Origin: Acidobacteriota bacterium
Lineage (GTDB): Bacteria; Acidobacteriota; Terriglobia; 2-12-FULL-54-10
Assembly (NCBI GenBank): GCA_016199675.1
Contig: JACQGE010000117.1
Span: 1 to 62,168 of the forward strand
Reading direction: 5' to 3'
Length of the DNA stretch: 62,168 bases
Positions within the stretch are counted from its first letter, which is position 1. Every line of letters starts with the position of its first letter. Positions 19,738-28,909 of this stretch are shown here, one piece after another. Position numbers and translations under genes: made by a program. The notes below the pieces were generated by a model that saw nothing but the letters and a program-made list of their open reading frames with translations, had not been told where the DNA came from and made no database searches.

Positions 19738-20696
19738 GCATACACACCTCGATATTGCTGTGGCAACAATTGGGTCATGGCTACCATCACCATCTCGGTA
19801 TAAGCCTCCAACTCTTTAGCGCCGGCTTTTCCAGCAGGCAATTGAACAAGCGAACCGACACGAATCTGCACCGGTACGCGGCGCAGCCGTTTCCAAAATT
19901 CACCGGCTCTTTCTTGGCCAAATGCGACTACTGGCAGAACCGGCACGCCTGCCTGGGTCGCCAAATAGGCGATCCCCGTGCGCCCTTGGAGCAAGCCGCC
20001 GGTACGGCTAACTTTTCCCTCCGGCGCCATGGCTAACCTCCCTCCCGCGCGCAGTAGTCCTACGGCACGAGAAATGGCCTGTCGGTCGGCTTCACCTCGT
20101 GCCACGTAGATAGCCTGCCCTAGTTGCCTCATGATCCATTCAATGATTGGCCACTTCTTTCGCATATCTTCGGCCACGAGGAAGGCGGTGCCTTTTGGCA
20201 GCAGGGGGTAAATGAGAACCGGATCCATAACGTGCAGGTGATTCGCGGCAAGAATAAAAGGGCCCGCGCCTGGAAAGTTTTCCTTTCCTTCAACGTGGAG
20301 TCGTATGAGAAAGCGCGATAAAAAGACGATCAATTTTGAAAATACACGTTCCAATCGGCCCGATTGGAAATCAACGTGTCTCGCCAGACTATTGGAGTTA
20401 TCAGGTGCCAACCCCGCCTCAGGAGAAGAACTTGAGGGCTGATGCTCGCTTGCCAAATGCCTTGATAGGGCGATGATACTGGGGTATTCCTCCAGTAAAT
20501 CTGGAGGAAGAGACCGCCCCAGCCAGATTTCCATCTCTCCCGCAAGAACCACGGCGGCCATGGAATCGAGGCCGCAACGGGTCAAAGGCTTGTCAACGTC
20601 AATTTCCAGAGGGTCGATTCGCAGTTCTGCCGCAACTTGCGCGACCAACCAGGCTTGAATGTCCTTACTCGTTTTGGATTGTGATCGGCTTTCCAA
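19683..20696 (-). CDS. Acyl carrier protein domain fused to a lysophospholipid/1-acylglycerol-3-phosphate acyltransferase (PlsC/LPLAT) domain
   Basis: N-terminal PP-binding motif (CGLDSMAAV). Acyltransferase blocks NHLHVMD (Hx4D), FLVAEDMRK, APEGKVSRTG, VPVLPVV. Confidence 0.8.
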   Translation of the reverse strand: MESRSQSKTSKDIQAWLVAQVAAELRIDPLEIDVDKPLTRCGLDSMAAVVLAGEMEIWLGRSLPPDLLEEYPSIIALSRHLASEHQPSSSSPEAGLAPDNSNSLARHVDFQSGRLERVFSKLIVFLSRFLIRLHVEGKENFPGAGPFILAANHLHVMDPVLIYPLLPKGTAFLVAEDMRKKWPIIEWIMRQLGQAIYVARGEADRQAISRAVGLLRAGGRLAMAPEGKVSRTGGLLQGRTGIAYLATQAGVPVLPVVAFGQERAGEFWKRLRRVPVQIRVGSLVQLPAGKAGAKELEAYTEMVMVAMTQLLPQQYRGVYAQATEKEQSCGSVIAPAS

Positions 20697-20764
20697 CTTT
20701 GCTTCCCCCCGATTCCGGTTTCATCCTTTCTCTTGGCGTGATTGGTCGGTAAATGCTGGGCTCC

Positions 20765-22585
20765 TTAGTTTCCAGTTTTCGCCCGTTTCTGCCATGCCGC
20801 TAGCTCTTCTTGTGCGCGACAATAACCTGCTTCGACGATCTTGTCTAATGACCGCCACTCGAAGATTCCGAACTGATCTACGGCAGGCCGAATATAAATG
20901 TCGGCGTTTTGCATGGCCAGCTTGCTGTTGTAAGCGCTGGTGAGCATCATCGTCCGCATCATAATCGCCAGGATACTCGGGATGTGGATCGGTTTCGACA
21001 GCGGGTTCACGCGGTTCCAAAGAAGGCTCGCGGACGAAGGAGTCTGCTGATATTGGGGATCGATGGCGAGATCCTTTTGAGGGCTGACATCGACGGCAAT
21101 GACCTTTCCTCCCACGTGCCTTCGCATCACATCGCCCGGGAGATTGTCCAGAACGCCGCCATCCACGATCAGATTCCCGTTTTCGCAAAGGGGCGGCGCT
21201 ACACCCGGAATCGACATGCTAGCCCTAACGGCCCTTCGCAGCGGCCCACTGAGATGGACATTCGTGGTGGCCTGAGTCAGGTTCGCGGAGACACAAAAGT
21301 ATTTGATCCAGAGATCTTCTATCCGAGTGTCTCCAAACATCATTTGCAGCATCCTATCCAATTTTCGTCCCGCCAGAAGCGCCACAATCGGAATCGTCTT
21401 ATCCTTCAGCGGGTCCATGGTGATCCAACCCTTTCGGTTGATCTCGAGCATGGCGTGGTAATCATATCCCGAGGCATACTGCGCCGCGATAACGGCCCCC
21501 ATGCTCGTACCACCCACCATATCAATGGGAAATTCAGCTTCCTGGAGGGCGCGGATCACACCGATGTGAGCCAAACCACGCGCCCCCCCGCCTCCAAGGG
21601 TAAGGCCGAAGGCGCGGCCGGTGAGAAGTCGCACTAGGCGGTCGTTATCAGTCTGTGAATGCAGGCCGATATGGTGATGCCGATCCAGCGGCAGCATGGT
21701 GAGCCATTTTTGTGTCCCGACCGGCTGCCGGGTTTTATCAGAGTACAATAGGATGAGTTCTTTGCGTGCGGCGCTCCGATTGATTGCTTCCACCTCACTC
21801 GGGTTAATGGAGGCTTCCGATTCCCCGCGACCAAGCAGTAGAATACAATCCGCTTGACGGATACAACATTGCGTCCACGGTGAAAGAACGGAATCCGATT
21901 CATAGATGACATAACGGTAATTAGCCTCCTGGTCGTTGAGCCACGCGCTAATTTGAGGGCCTTTGTCGCCGGGAAATGAAGCAGTTCCTTGACCAAGCTG
22001 ACTATCTAGGAAGCTGCTGGTCAGACGGCGAGTGGAACCGAATTTCGCCAGAGAAAAGATCAACTTTTCCATGAAATCAACCAATGGCACATCCTTGCCA
22101 ATCGGCACCACTGCGATCGTTGCCAGAGTACCGGAGGCGGGGGGACGATTCATTTGCCGTAAGCGGGTTACAAGTCTCTTGGCAATGAGCATCATTGCTC
22201 GCGGGTTTTTAACCACGATGCGATCAAACCCCTCTTTGGACAACCGCATCAATTCGCTATCACGGATGGCGCGAACGGTCGCAGAACGGACTTCCCCGGT
22301 CAGAACCGCCATTTCCCCGACGCATTCCCCGCGACCAACCTCTCCTAGAACTTGCTCTCTTCCTCCCTCCTCTTCGAGAAAGACACGAAGGCGGCCGCTC
22401 AGGACCACATACAAGCTGTCCCCTAAATCTCCTTGTCGAAAGAGAGCCTGTCCGCCAGGAAGGCGGAGCCACTCGATCTCTTTGCGCAAATTCTCAAAAT
22501 CCGCATGTTCCAAGACATCAAAGACACCCGTGGACTTCAGCAGTGCTACAAAGTCTCCTGACTGATTTGCGATCATCTCACTCAT
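20765..22585 (-). CDS. Cyclic-nucleotide-binding domain + patatin phospholipase (NTE-like)
   Basis: CAP-effector-type cNMP domain (GDLGDSLYVVLSGRLRV...GEMAVLTGEVRSATVRA). Patatin motifs GGGGARG, GTSMGA, DGGVLDNLP. Start at ATG 22585 overlaps the FAAL stop (ATGAGTGA). Confidence 0.85.
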   Translation of the reverse strand: MSEMIANQSGDFVALLKSTGVFDVLEHADFENLRKEIEWLRLPGGQALFRQGDLGDSLYVVLSGRLRVFLEEEGGREQVLGEVGRGECVGEMAVLTGEVRSATVRAIRDSELMRLSKEGFDRIVVKNPRAMMLIAKRLVTRLRQMNRPPASGTLATIAVVPIGKDVPLVDFMEKLIFSLAKFGSTRRLTSSFLDSQLGQGTASFPGDKGPQISAWLNDQEANYRYVIYESDSVLSPWTQCCIRQADCILLLGRGESEASINPSEVEAINRSAARKELILLYSDKTRQPVGTQKWLTMLPLDRHHHIGLHSQTDNDRLVRLLTGRAFGLTLGGGGARGLAHIGVIRALQEAEFPIDMVGGTSMGAVIAAQYASGYDYHAMLEINRKGWITMDPLKDKTIPIVALLAGRKLDRMLQMMFGDTRIEDLWIKYFCVSANLTQATTNVHLSGPLRRAVRASMSIPGVAPPLCENGNLIVDGGVLDNLPGDVMRRHVGGKVIAVDVSPQKDLAIDPQYQQTPSSASLLWNRVNPLSKPIHIPSILAIMMRTMMLTSAYNSKLAMQNADIYIRPAVDQFGIFEWRSLDKIVEAGYCRAQEELAAWQKRAKTGN

Positions 22586-24377
22586 CCGCCAAACCCCTTC
22601 CGGCGAGACGTAGAATGCCGGCTGTTTTCTCCCATAGATCAACAGTTCCAGTCAGATAGTTGGCCCGGCAAGCTTGCCTCTGAATTTTGCCGCTGGATGT
22701 TTTGAGAATGCCTCCCGGATTCAAAAGCACAACCTTGTATGCCTGCAAATCATGAATTTCGGCCACCGCTTGGCGGATAACCCCCACAAGTTCCTCCGGA
22801 TCCGGATTCCGGTAGGTCCGTTCTACCTCCTGCATGACGATTAACCGCTCCTCGTTGTCTATGTCTACAGAGAAGGCTGCGCAACAGCCCGGTCTAAGCG
22901 CTGGATGACTCTGCTCGACCGTCCGTTCAATGTCTTCGGGGTAATGATTCTGCCCGCGGATGATAATCAGGTCTTTCAGCCGACCCGTGATGAAGAGTTC
23001 TCCATCGTTTAGGAACCCAAGGTCGCCGGTCCGCAGGAACGGGCCTTGGACGCTGCGCGTTCCATCGTCACCCAGATAGGCTCCAAACACAGAGGCATTC
23101 ACTTCAGACCGATTCCAATAGCCCTGCGTCACACTTGGACCGGACACCCAGATCTCTCCTACTTCGTCGGGCTGGCAGTGGGTCAATGATGCCGGATTGA
23201 CAATGGCGACTTTGGTGCCCAATGCAGGGCGGCCACATCCAACCAGCGTACGCTGGCGTTGCCGCGCATCTCCATTTTCACCGACTCCAAAACGGACTTG
23301 GCCCTTTTCCAGCGCGGCTTTTTCCACAAAACAAAAACGAGGCGTCTCCATAGACCGCACCGCGGAAACCTTTAGAGTGGCTTCGGCAAGCCCATAGCCG
23401 GGGCAAAAAGCGCTGCCCTGAAAACCATAGGGCTGGAAAGCTTGGGTGAACCGTCCTAAAGTTTCTTTTCGAACAGGCTCTGCACCGTTGACCGCTGCCA
23501 CCCAACTGCTCAGATCCAGGTTCGCGCATTCATCGGACTTGATTTTGCGCACGCAAAGCTCATAGGCAAAGTTGGGGGCGGCACTGTGAGTTCCCTTGTA
23601 ATCGGAGATGGCCCGCAGCCATCGAATCGGTCTTTGCAGGAAGGAGGCGGGCGGCATCAGAATGCAAGGGAATCCTCGGTAAACCGGCTCCAGAATCCCA
23701 TAGACTAGCCCCATGTCGTGAAACGTTGGCAGCCAACTGACGATTACACTGTCGGATGTGTGCTGCCATCCTTCATCGAGGTCCCGCAGATTGCGCATCA
23801 GATTTCCATGCCCCACCATAACACCCTTAGGAGTCGCTGTGGAGCCGGAAGTGTACTGGAGATAGGCTAGCGAATCGGCGCCGATTCCTGGGTCCTTCCA
23901 ACGTTCTTCCAGGCTCGGAGCCACGCAGTCCGTAGCGAACCAATGGGAGAGGGATTCGAGTTGAGGTGAAAGTTGAGCCTGAATTTTGGGAAGGAGGTCT
24001 GATGTCGTGAGGGCGACCGAGGGCTGTGCATCTCTTGCAATAGCTTCGATCCGGGAAAAGCTTCGATTGGGGCGCGGAGAATAGGCAGGGATGGCAACGA
24101 GTCCGGCATACAGACAGCCGAAAAAAGCGGAAATAAAATCAAGACCGGGAGGATGGAGTAATAATATGCGTTCTCCCTTAGGCACAATGCTCTGCAGCAT
24201 GGCAGCGATAGCCCGCGCTTGCTGATCTAATTCGCCATAGCTCAGGCTCTCGCCTTCCGTCATTCCATCTCGGAGAAACGTATAAGCTCTTCGCGAAGCC
24301 TCATGAATGGCTCTGCGGCGGAGGATGTCTATCACTGTGAGGGAATCTGCGACTGGCTCGGAAAGCTGATTCTCCAT
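22578..24377 (-). CDS. Fatty acyl-AMP ligase (FAAL-type adenylating enzyme)
   Basis: 599 aa with a FAAL-like N-terminus (RRAYTFLRDG..ESLSYGELDQQARAIAAML) and the AMP-binding motif YLQYTSGSTATPKGV. Confidence 0.85.
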   Translation of the reverse strand: MENQLSEPVADSLTVIDILRRRAIHEASRRAYTFLRDGMTEGESLSYGELDQQARAIAAMLQSIVPKGERILLLHPPGLDFISAFFGCLYAGLVAIPAYSPRPNRSFSRIEAIARDAQPSVALTTSDLLPKIQAQLSPQLESLSHWFATDCVAPSLEERWKDPGIGADSLAYLQYTSGSTATPKGVMVGHGNLMRNLRDLDEGWQHTSDSVIVSWLPTFHDMGLVYGILEPVYRGFPCILMPPASFLQRPIRWLRAISDYKGTHSAAPNFAYELCVRKIKSDECANLDLSSWVAAVNGAEPVRKETLGRFTQAFQPYGFQGSAFCPGYGLAEATLKVSAVRSMETPRFCFVEKAALEKGQVRFGVGENGDARQRQRTLVGCGRPALGTKVAIVNPASLTHCQPDEVGEIWVSGPSVTQGYWNRSEVNASVFGAYLGDDGTRSVQGPFLRTGDLGFLNDGELFITGRLKDLIIIRGQNHYPEDIERTVEQSHPALRPGCCAAFSVDIDNEERLIVMQEVERTYRNPDPEELVGVIRQAVAEIHDLQAYKVVLLNPGGILKTSSGKIQRQACRANYLTGTVDLWEKTAGILRLAGRGLADE

Positions 24378-24487
24378 GGTAAAGCATAAATTATACCAAC
24401 TCTAGGACAAATTCCGTAATTTATGGATAGCCTTCTCACATCGGATCCTTCTGCGGAGTTGAAATGGTTGAACCAGAGTGTCCCGGA

Positions 24488-25342
24488 TCAGTGTGTCATC
24501 GCATAGATGACGTAGTTCACCCCTAGCCGATATGCCAGCGCGGTCATCGGCTCCGGATAATAGGGGTCGTCCGCATGTTCCCAGGCATCACCCATATCAA
24601 TGTTGAAACTGATGGCGACCATCAGGCGGCCGTGATCGTCGTAGATGCCGCGCCAGTGTGGCGGCCCCTCCATCCCAGCAACCACCGGGCCTTCAGAGCC
24701 CCATCGCACATGCCGCCGTCCTGGGATTTGGATGCGGTCCCCCAAGTCATAAAAGACGTGCATCAGGGGGTCGTCATCCGGGATCTCGATGATATTGTAG
24801 CCGGGCAACACCCGCTGCATAGCTGCTTCAAAGACTGCCCATTGATACTCGCCGTGGAAATCATCCACCAACAAGAACCCGCCGCGCAGCAGATACTCTC
24901 TCAGGCGCTCGGCTTCCTCGCGGCTGGGACGCCAGTAGCCTTGCCCGACCTGCTGGGCAAACAAAAAAGGATAGTCGAAAAGGCGATCATCGCCCAATTC
25001 CAGATGCTGGCTGTCGTCGGCTACCGACAGGTTGGTCAGCCGACGCAGCGCCGGCAAAAAATGTTCTTCGGCCATGGGGTAGTCAATAGCCCACCAGGGT
25101 TGGGCAAATCCCCGGGAGCCGGCCCCACCAAACGTCCGATAAATCATGCGCGCCATATGGAATTCGGCTTCAGGCAAGCCATCGTTTGTATCGCGGCCGC
25201 GATCTCCGATCTGGCTGTGTGCGATTCCGGCCAGGAGACAGACAATCAATCCTGCTCTGGCAATCTTTCGATTTAGGAACCACTGTTGCGCCCAGCCGTT
25301 ATTCATGTTCATGCGATCCTTCCATTGCCCCTTGAAGATCAC
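24488..25342 (-). CDS. DUF4159 domain protein
   Basis: EFHMARMIY...WAIDYPMAEEHF...DDRLFDYPFLF...LREYLLRGGFLLVDDFHG fits DUF4159 as I recall it. N-terminal membrane/signal segment. Confidence 0.65.
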   Translation of the reverse strand: MIFKGQWKDRMNMNNGWAQQWFLNRKIARAGLIVCLLAGIAHSQIGDRGRDTNDGLPEAEFHMARMIYRTFGGAGSRGFAQPWWAIDYPMAEEHFLPALRRLTNLSVADDSQHLELGDDRLFDYPFLFAQQVGQGYWRPSREEAERLREYLLRGGFLLVDDFHGEYQWAVFEAAMQRVLPGYNIIEIPDDDPLMHVFYDLGDRIQIPGRRHVRWGSEGPVVAGMEGPPHWRGIYDDHGRLMVAISFNIDMGDAWEHADDPYYPEPMTALAYRLGVNYVIYAMTH

Positions 25343-25394
25343 GTTAGACCAAGCCCGGAATTTTGGGTTCCAATCTTTACGAAAGATATTACCT

Positions 25395-25428
25395 TAAACC
25401 CTAGGGCTTTTCACGATTGGCATAGACC
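25395..25428 (+). repeat. Conserved 34-nt intergenic motif, copy B
   Basis: TAAACCCTAGGGCTTTTCACGATTGGCATAGACC, 30/34 identical to the minus-strand copy at 259-293. Confidence 0.6.
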
Positions 25429-25513
25429 GCCTCGGGTATCGGGACATTTGCGAGACAAATACCAGCGCCTGAAGATGCCTTAAAATCTTCGAGGCATTTT
25501 CAAATGTTCTAAC

Positions 25514-26431
25514 TTAGCCTGTTTTTTTTAAGGCATTCTGGCCCAGCACATGGCGGAGAGCGCTCTCCAGCTCTGCGTAACGAAAAGGATAACCAGAACT
25601 CAGCAAGCGAGCCGGTCTTACGCGGGCGCTGGACAGAAGTAGTTCCACGCCCATTTCTCCAAAGGCCAGACGGACGGCAAAAGAAGGCATGGGAAAAACC
25701 GTGGGCCTCGACAGAACGCTGCCCAGAGTCTTGGTGAATTCCCGATTCGTGACCGGATTTGGCGATACCGCATTGACTGGCCCTTGCAGGGATAGCGTAG
25801 TCAGGGCGTGCTGATAGGCTCCAATCAGGTCGTCCAGGGCGATCCAACTCATGTATTGGTCCCCGGGGCCAATGACTCCTCCCACACCCATGCGGAACGG
25901 CGGAAGCATTTGCGCCAGCGCTCCGCCCTGGGTTCCTAATACAATTCCGGTCCGCAAGCGCACCACGCGGATTCCTTTGTTCGCGGCTGGTTCCGACGCC
26001 GCCTCCCATTCCTGGCAGACCTCGGCGAGGAAGCCAGAGCCAGGGGGACTTTCTTCCTGGAGCCATTCCTCGCCCCGATTTCCATAAAAGCCGATGGCGG
26101 ACGCACAAACCATCACCTGGGGTGGTTGCCGCAGTTGAACAAGCGCCTCCGCCAGCAACCGGGTTCCTTGGACCCGGCTTGTGAGGATTTTTTTCTTCTT
26201 CGCCGGAGTCCAGCGGCCGGAAATCTGCTCCCCTGCCAGGTGGATGACCGCTTGAATTCCTTCCAGATTGTGCGTATCCACATAGGCTGTTGCCGGACTC
26301 CAATAGATCGTGTCGGCGGCGCGTTGCTGCTCCGAACGGACCAGGCGGATCACCTGATGCCCGGCGGCGGTCAGAGAGGGGACTAAAGCAGTCCCGATAA
26401 AGCCACGCGATCCTGTGATGGCAATCTTCAT
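25514..26431 (-). CDS. TIGR01777/YfcH-type NAD-dependent epimerase (SDR fold + DUF1731)
   Basis: MKIAITGSRGFIGTAL Rossmann start and DUF1731-like C-terminus. Start at ATG 26431 with GGAGG upstream (track ORF extends to 26656). Confidence 0.8.
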   Translation of the reverse strand: MKIAITGSRGFIGTALVPSLTAAGHQVIRLVRSEQQRAADTIYWSPATAYVDTHNLEGIQAVIHLAGEQISGRWTPAKKKKILTSRVQGTRLLAEALVQLRQPPQVMVCASAIGFYGNRGEEWLQEESPPGSGFLAEVCQEWEAASEPAANKGIRVVRLRTGIVLGTQGGALAQMLPPFRMGVGGVIGPGDQYMSWIALDDLIGAYQHALTTLSLQGPVNAVSPNPVTNREFTKTLGSVLSRPTVFPMPSFAVRLAFGEMGVELLLSSARVRPARLLSSGYPFRYAELESALRHVLGQNALKKTG

Positions 26432-26564
26432 CGTCGTCCACCTCCGCCCAGTCATGTTTTGCGAATTGATGCTTAAGAAAAGGATATACTGTTGACAAGG
26501 CGGAAAGAATACCCGTAGTCTGAAAAATTCATAGAGCCTCTGGCGATACTCCAAGGGGGAATTC

Positions 26565-26840
26565 ATGGCAGAAAGAATGGTCAAATGCATAAAGCTGGGG
26601 CGAGAGTTGCCAGGGCTGGACGAGCCTCCCTTTGACAACGAATTGGGAAGGCGCATCTACGAAAATGTCTCCAAGGATGCCTGGCAAATGTGGGTGGAGC
26701 AACTCAAGATGATCGTCAACGAGTATCGGCTGAACCTGGCCGACCGCGAAGCTCAAAAGCTTGTCCGGCAGGCGATGGAAGAATATTTCTTTGGGCAAGG
26801 CGTTGCCCCCCCGCCCGACTATGTCCCCCCGCAAAAATAG
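26565..26840 (+). CDS. yggX: Fe(2+)-trafficking / oxidative-damage protection protein YggX
   Basis: 91 aa: MAERMVKCIKLGRELPGLDEPPF...GRRIYENVSKDAWQMWVEQLKMIVNEYRLNL. Confidence 0.85.
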   Translation: MAERMVKCIKLGRELPGLDEPPFDNELGRRIYENVSKDAWQMWVEQLKMIVNEYRLNLADREAQKLVRQAMEEYFFGQGVAPPPDYVPPQK

Positions 26841-26880
26841 AATCCCCTGAAAAAATATTCGCGGTGGACACCCCTACTTC

Positions 26881-27660
26881 TTAGATTGACGCCCAGTGAT
26901 TAACCGGGCCGAAGCCGTGGCCTAGGCCGGGGTTAGTTTCGATGGCGTGTGTGATGTAGGATTTGGCTACTTGCAAGGCTTCCAGTAAGTCCGTGCCTTT
27001 GGCCAGTCCCGCAGCGATGGCAGCCGAGTGGGTGCAGCCAGTGCCGTGGGTGTGCATAGTTTGCACCCGCTTTGCGGTGAAGCAGTGGAAATCACCGTTC
27101 AGGAAGAGAATGTCCATCGCCTCCTCTTCCAGGTGGCCCCCTTTAATCAAAACCGCTTTCGGCCCCAGATCGGCAATGGCTTTGGCAGCTTCCTCGAGGG
27201 ATGCCGGCGTGCGCCCGGCGGTCTTGGCAAGCGCCATCGCTTCGTAGAGATTCGGAGTAACTAGACTAGCGTGGGGCAGTAGTTTGCGAACCAAGGTGGA
27301 CTGGGCGTCCTCGTCCATTAACGGAGCGCCGTGCTTGCTCAGCAGGACCGGGTCCACGACCAGAGGGAAGGAGAACTGTGCCGCCCGTTCCGCGATGGCT
27401 TCGATGACCTCGCGGGTGCCGAGAGCTCCTGTCTTGGCGGCCTGAGGCGGAATGTCTTCCAGCAGCGCATCCAGTTGCGCCAGTACAATGTCCGCTCGGA
27501 GGTGTTCCACCGAAGTGACGTTACAAGTGTTTTGCACCGTCAGCAGCGTCAGCACGCTCATGCCATAGACGCCGAACTGATGGAAAGTTTTCAGGTCGGC
27601 CTGTATGCCGGCGCCGCCCGAAGGGTCAGAGCCTGCGATCGTGAGAGCCACGGGGATCAT
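26881..27660 (-). CDS. thiD: Hydroxymethylpyrimidine/phosphomethylpyrimidine kinase
   Basis: ALTIAGSDPSGGAGIQADLKTF and a ribokinase-fold C-terminus with GTGCTHSAAIA. Confidence 0.9.
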   Translation of the reverse strand: MIPVALTIAGSDPSGGAGIQADLKTFHQFGVYGMSVLTLLTVQNTCNVTSVEHLRADIVLAQLDALLEDIPPQAAKTGALGTREVIEAIAERAAQFSFPLVVDPVLLSKHGAPLMDEDAQSTLVRKLLPHASLVTPNLYEAMALAKTAGRTPASLEEAAKAIADLGPKAVLIKGGHLEEEAMDILFLNGDFHCFTAKRVQTMHTHGTGCTHSAAIAAGLAKGTDLLEALQVAKSYITHAIETNPGLGHGFGPVNHWASI

Positions 27661-27729
27661 GTGGAGTTTTCCTGCGAGTGTGGATACAAGACGCCCGCAC
27701 CCACGGCGAGAAGCATTTCGCCGCTGCCA

Positions 27730-28713
27730 CTACCCCCCAATCTGGAACATTCGGCGGTTCTGGGTGAAGATTCCTTCCTGAAGGCGGTGTCCCATCGGCT
27801 TCAACTGCACAGCTTTCAGAAGAATTGCCTGGACGGCTTCTGTCCCTTTTTCCCGAAGTTGCTTCTTGATGTCCATCTCGGCGTCGTTCAACAGACAGAG
27901 GTGCAGCTTCCCGTCGGCCGTCAGCCGCATCCGGTTACAGTAGCCGCAATAAGGCTCGGAAACCGGGCTGATGAAACCCACCACGCCGCGCGCCCCAGGC
28001 AGTTGATAGTTTTGCGCTTCATCGGAAGGATGACCTGGAAAAGGCGATAAAGCGCCGAACTCCTTTTCGATCCGAGCCCGAATCTCTTCGTTCGAGATAA
28101 AGTTTTCGCGGGCGATGGTGGCGCATTCTCCGATGCCAAATGGCATCATCTCAATGAAACGGACATGCCAGTCTTGCTCGATGGTTAGAGCAGCCAGTGC
28201 TGCCACGTCGCCGTCATTGTAGTCGCGGGCGATAACGGCGTTGAGTTTGATGGGCAGCAGTCCTGCCTCCTCGGCGGCCTCGATGCCCCGCCAAATTTGC
28301 TCCTGTCGCCCCCAGCGCATGATCTGGCTCAGCCGCTCCGGGTGCAACGTGTCTAAATGGATATTCACGCGGCGCAGTCCGGCCCGTGCCAGAGGCCGGG
28401 CCAGCTCCGAGAGCAGAATCCCGTTGGTCGTCATGGCCAGCTCGCCCACGCCTTCAATCGCGCCGAGCTGTCGGACGATTTCGAGCAATTCGGGACGTAG
28501 CGTCGGTTCTCCGCCGGTCAGCCGGAACTTGCGAAACCCGACCGAGACTGCGCTGCGAGCGATAGCGGCAATTTCCGAGGGGGTAAGCAAGTCTTGGACC
28601 GGAAGAAACTTCAGCCCATTGAGGGGCATGCAATAAACGCACCGCAAATTGCAGTGGTCGGTGAGGGAAATGCGGAGATAATTGATTTCTCGGTTGTACC
28701 GATCAAACGGCAT
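27730..28713 (-). CDS. moaA: GTP 3',8-cyclase (molybdenum cofactor biosynthesis protein A)
   Basis: Radical SAM motif YLRISLTDHCNLRCVYCMP and a C-terminal second cluster region CGYCNRMRLTADG. Start at ATG 28713 (AGGAG upstream). Confidence 0.9.
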   Translation of the reverse strand: MPFDRYNREINYLRISLTDHCNLRCVYCMPLNGLKFLPVQDLLTPSEIAAIARSAVSVGFRKFRLTGGEPTLRPELLEIVRQLGAIEGVGELAMTTNGILLSELARPLARAGLRRVNIHLDTLHPERLSQIMRWGRQEQIWRGIEAAEEAGLLPIKLNAVIARDYNDGDVAALAALTIEQDWHVRFIEMMPFGIGECATIARENFISNEEIRARIEKEFGALSPFPGHPSDEAQNYQLPGARGVVGFISPVSEPYCGYCNRMRLTADGKLHLCLLNDAEMDIKKQLREKGTEAVQAILLKAVQLKPMGHRLQEGIFTQNRRMFQIGG

Positions 28714-28771
28714 GCTCCTGCCTTTTGCGGGCGCGGAACCGACTCTAGAGGGGAAAACCCTGCGCCCGCCC

Positions 28772-28800
28772 TGAAAAAACCGCCTCCCCAAACGGGAGGC
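28772..28800 (-). terminator. Intrinsic terminator or attenuator between the iscA-like gene and moaA
   Basis: On the minus strand: GCCTCCC-GTTTG-GGGAGGC followed by GGTTTTTT. Confidence 0.6.
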
Positions 28801-28909
28801 ATTCTACGTTGGTTCCGAGTGGCTGCCTGCTATTTTGGCGGGAAGGGAGGGAGCGCTCTCCCCGGCGCGCCACCGTCGCGTTATCCAGGCCAGGCCGGGC
28901 GCTCGCTTC

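Noticed and set aside
25509-26498. 329-aa alternative-frame ORF on the same strand as the epimerase gene
   Set aside because: It is Arg/Gly/Pro-rich with no motifs. The neighbouring frame encodes a complete, recognisable TIGR01777-type epimerase.
26432-26656. N-terminal extensions of several track ORFs. This one is an example; others are 28714-28791, 37602-37727, 40364-40537, 42237-42359, 43159-43206, 53495-53554 and 59937-59972.
   Set aside because: In each case an internal ATG or GTG with a good Shine-Dalgarno sequence gives the family-typical N-terminus. The extensions are unconserved-looking and often overlap the upstream gene.
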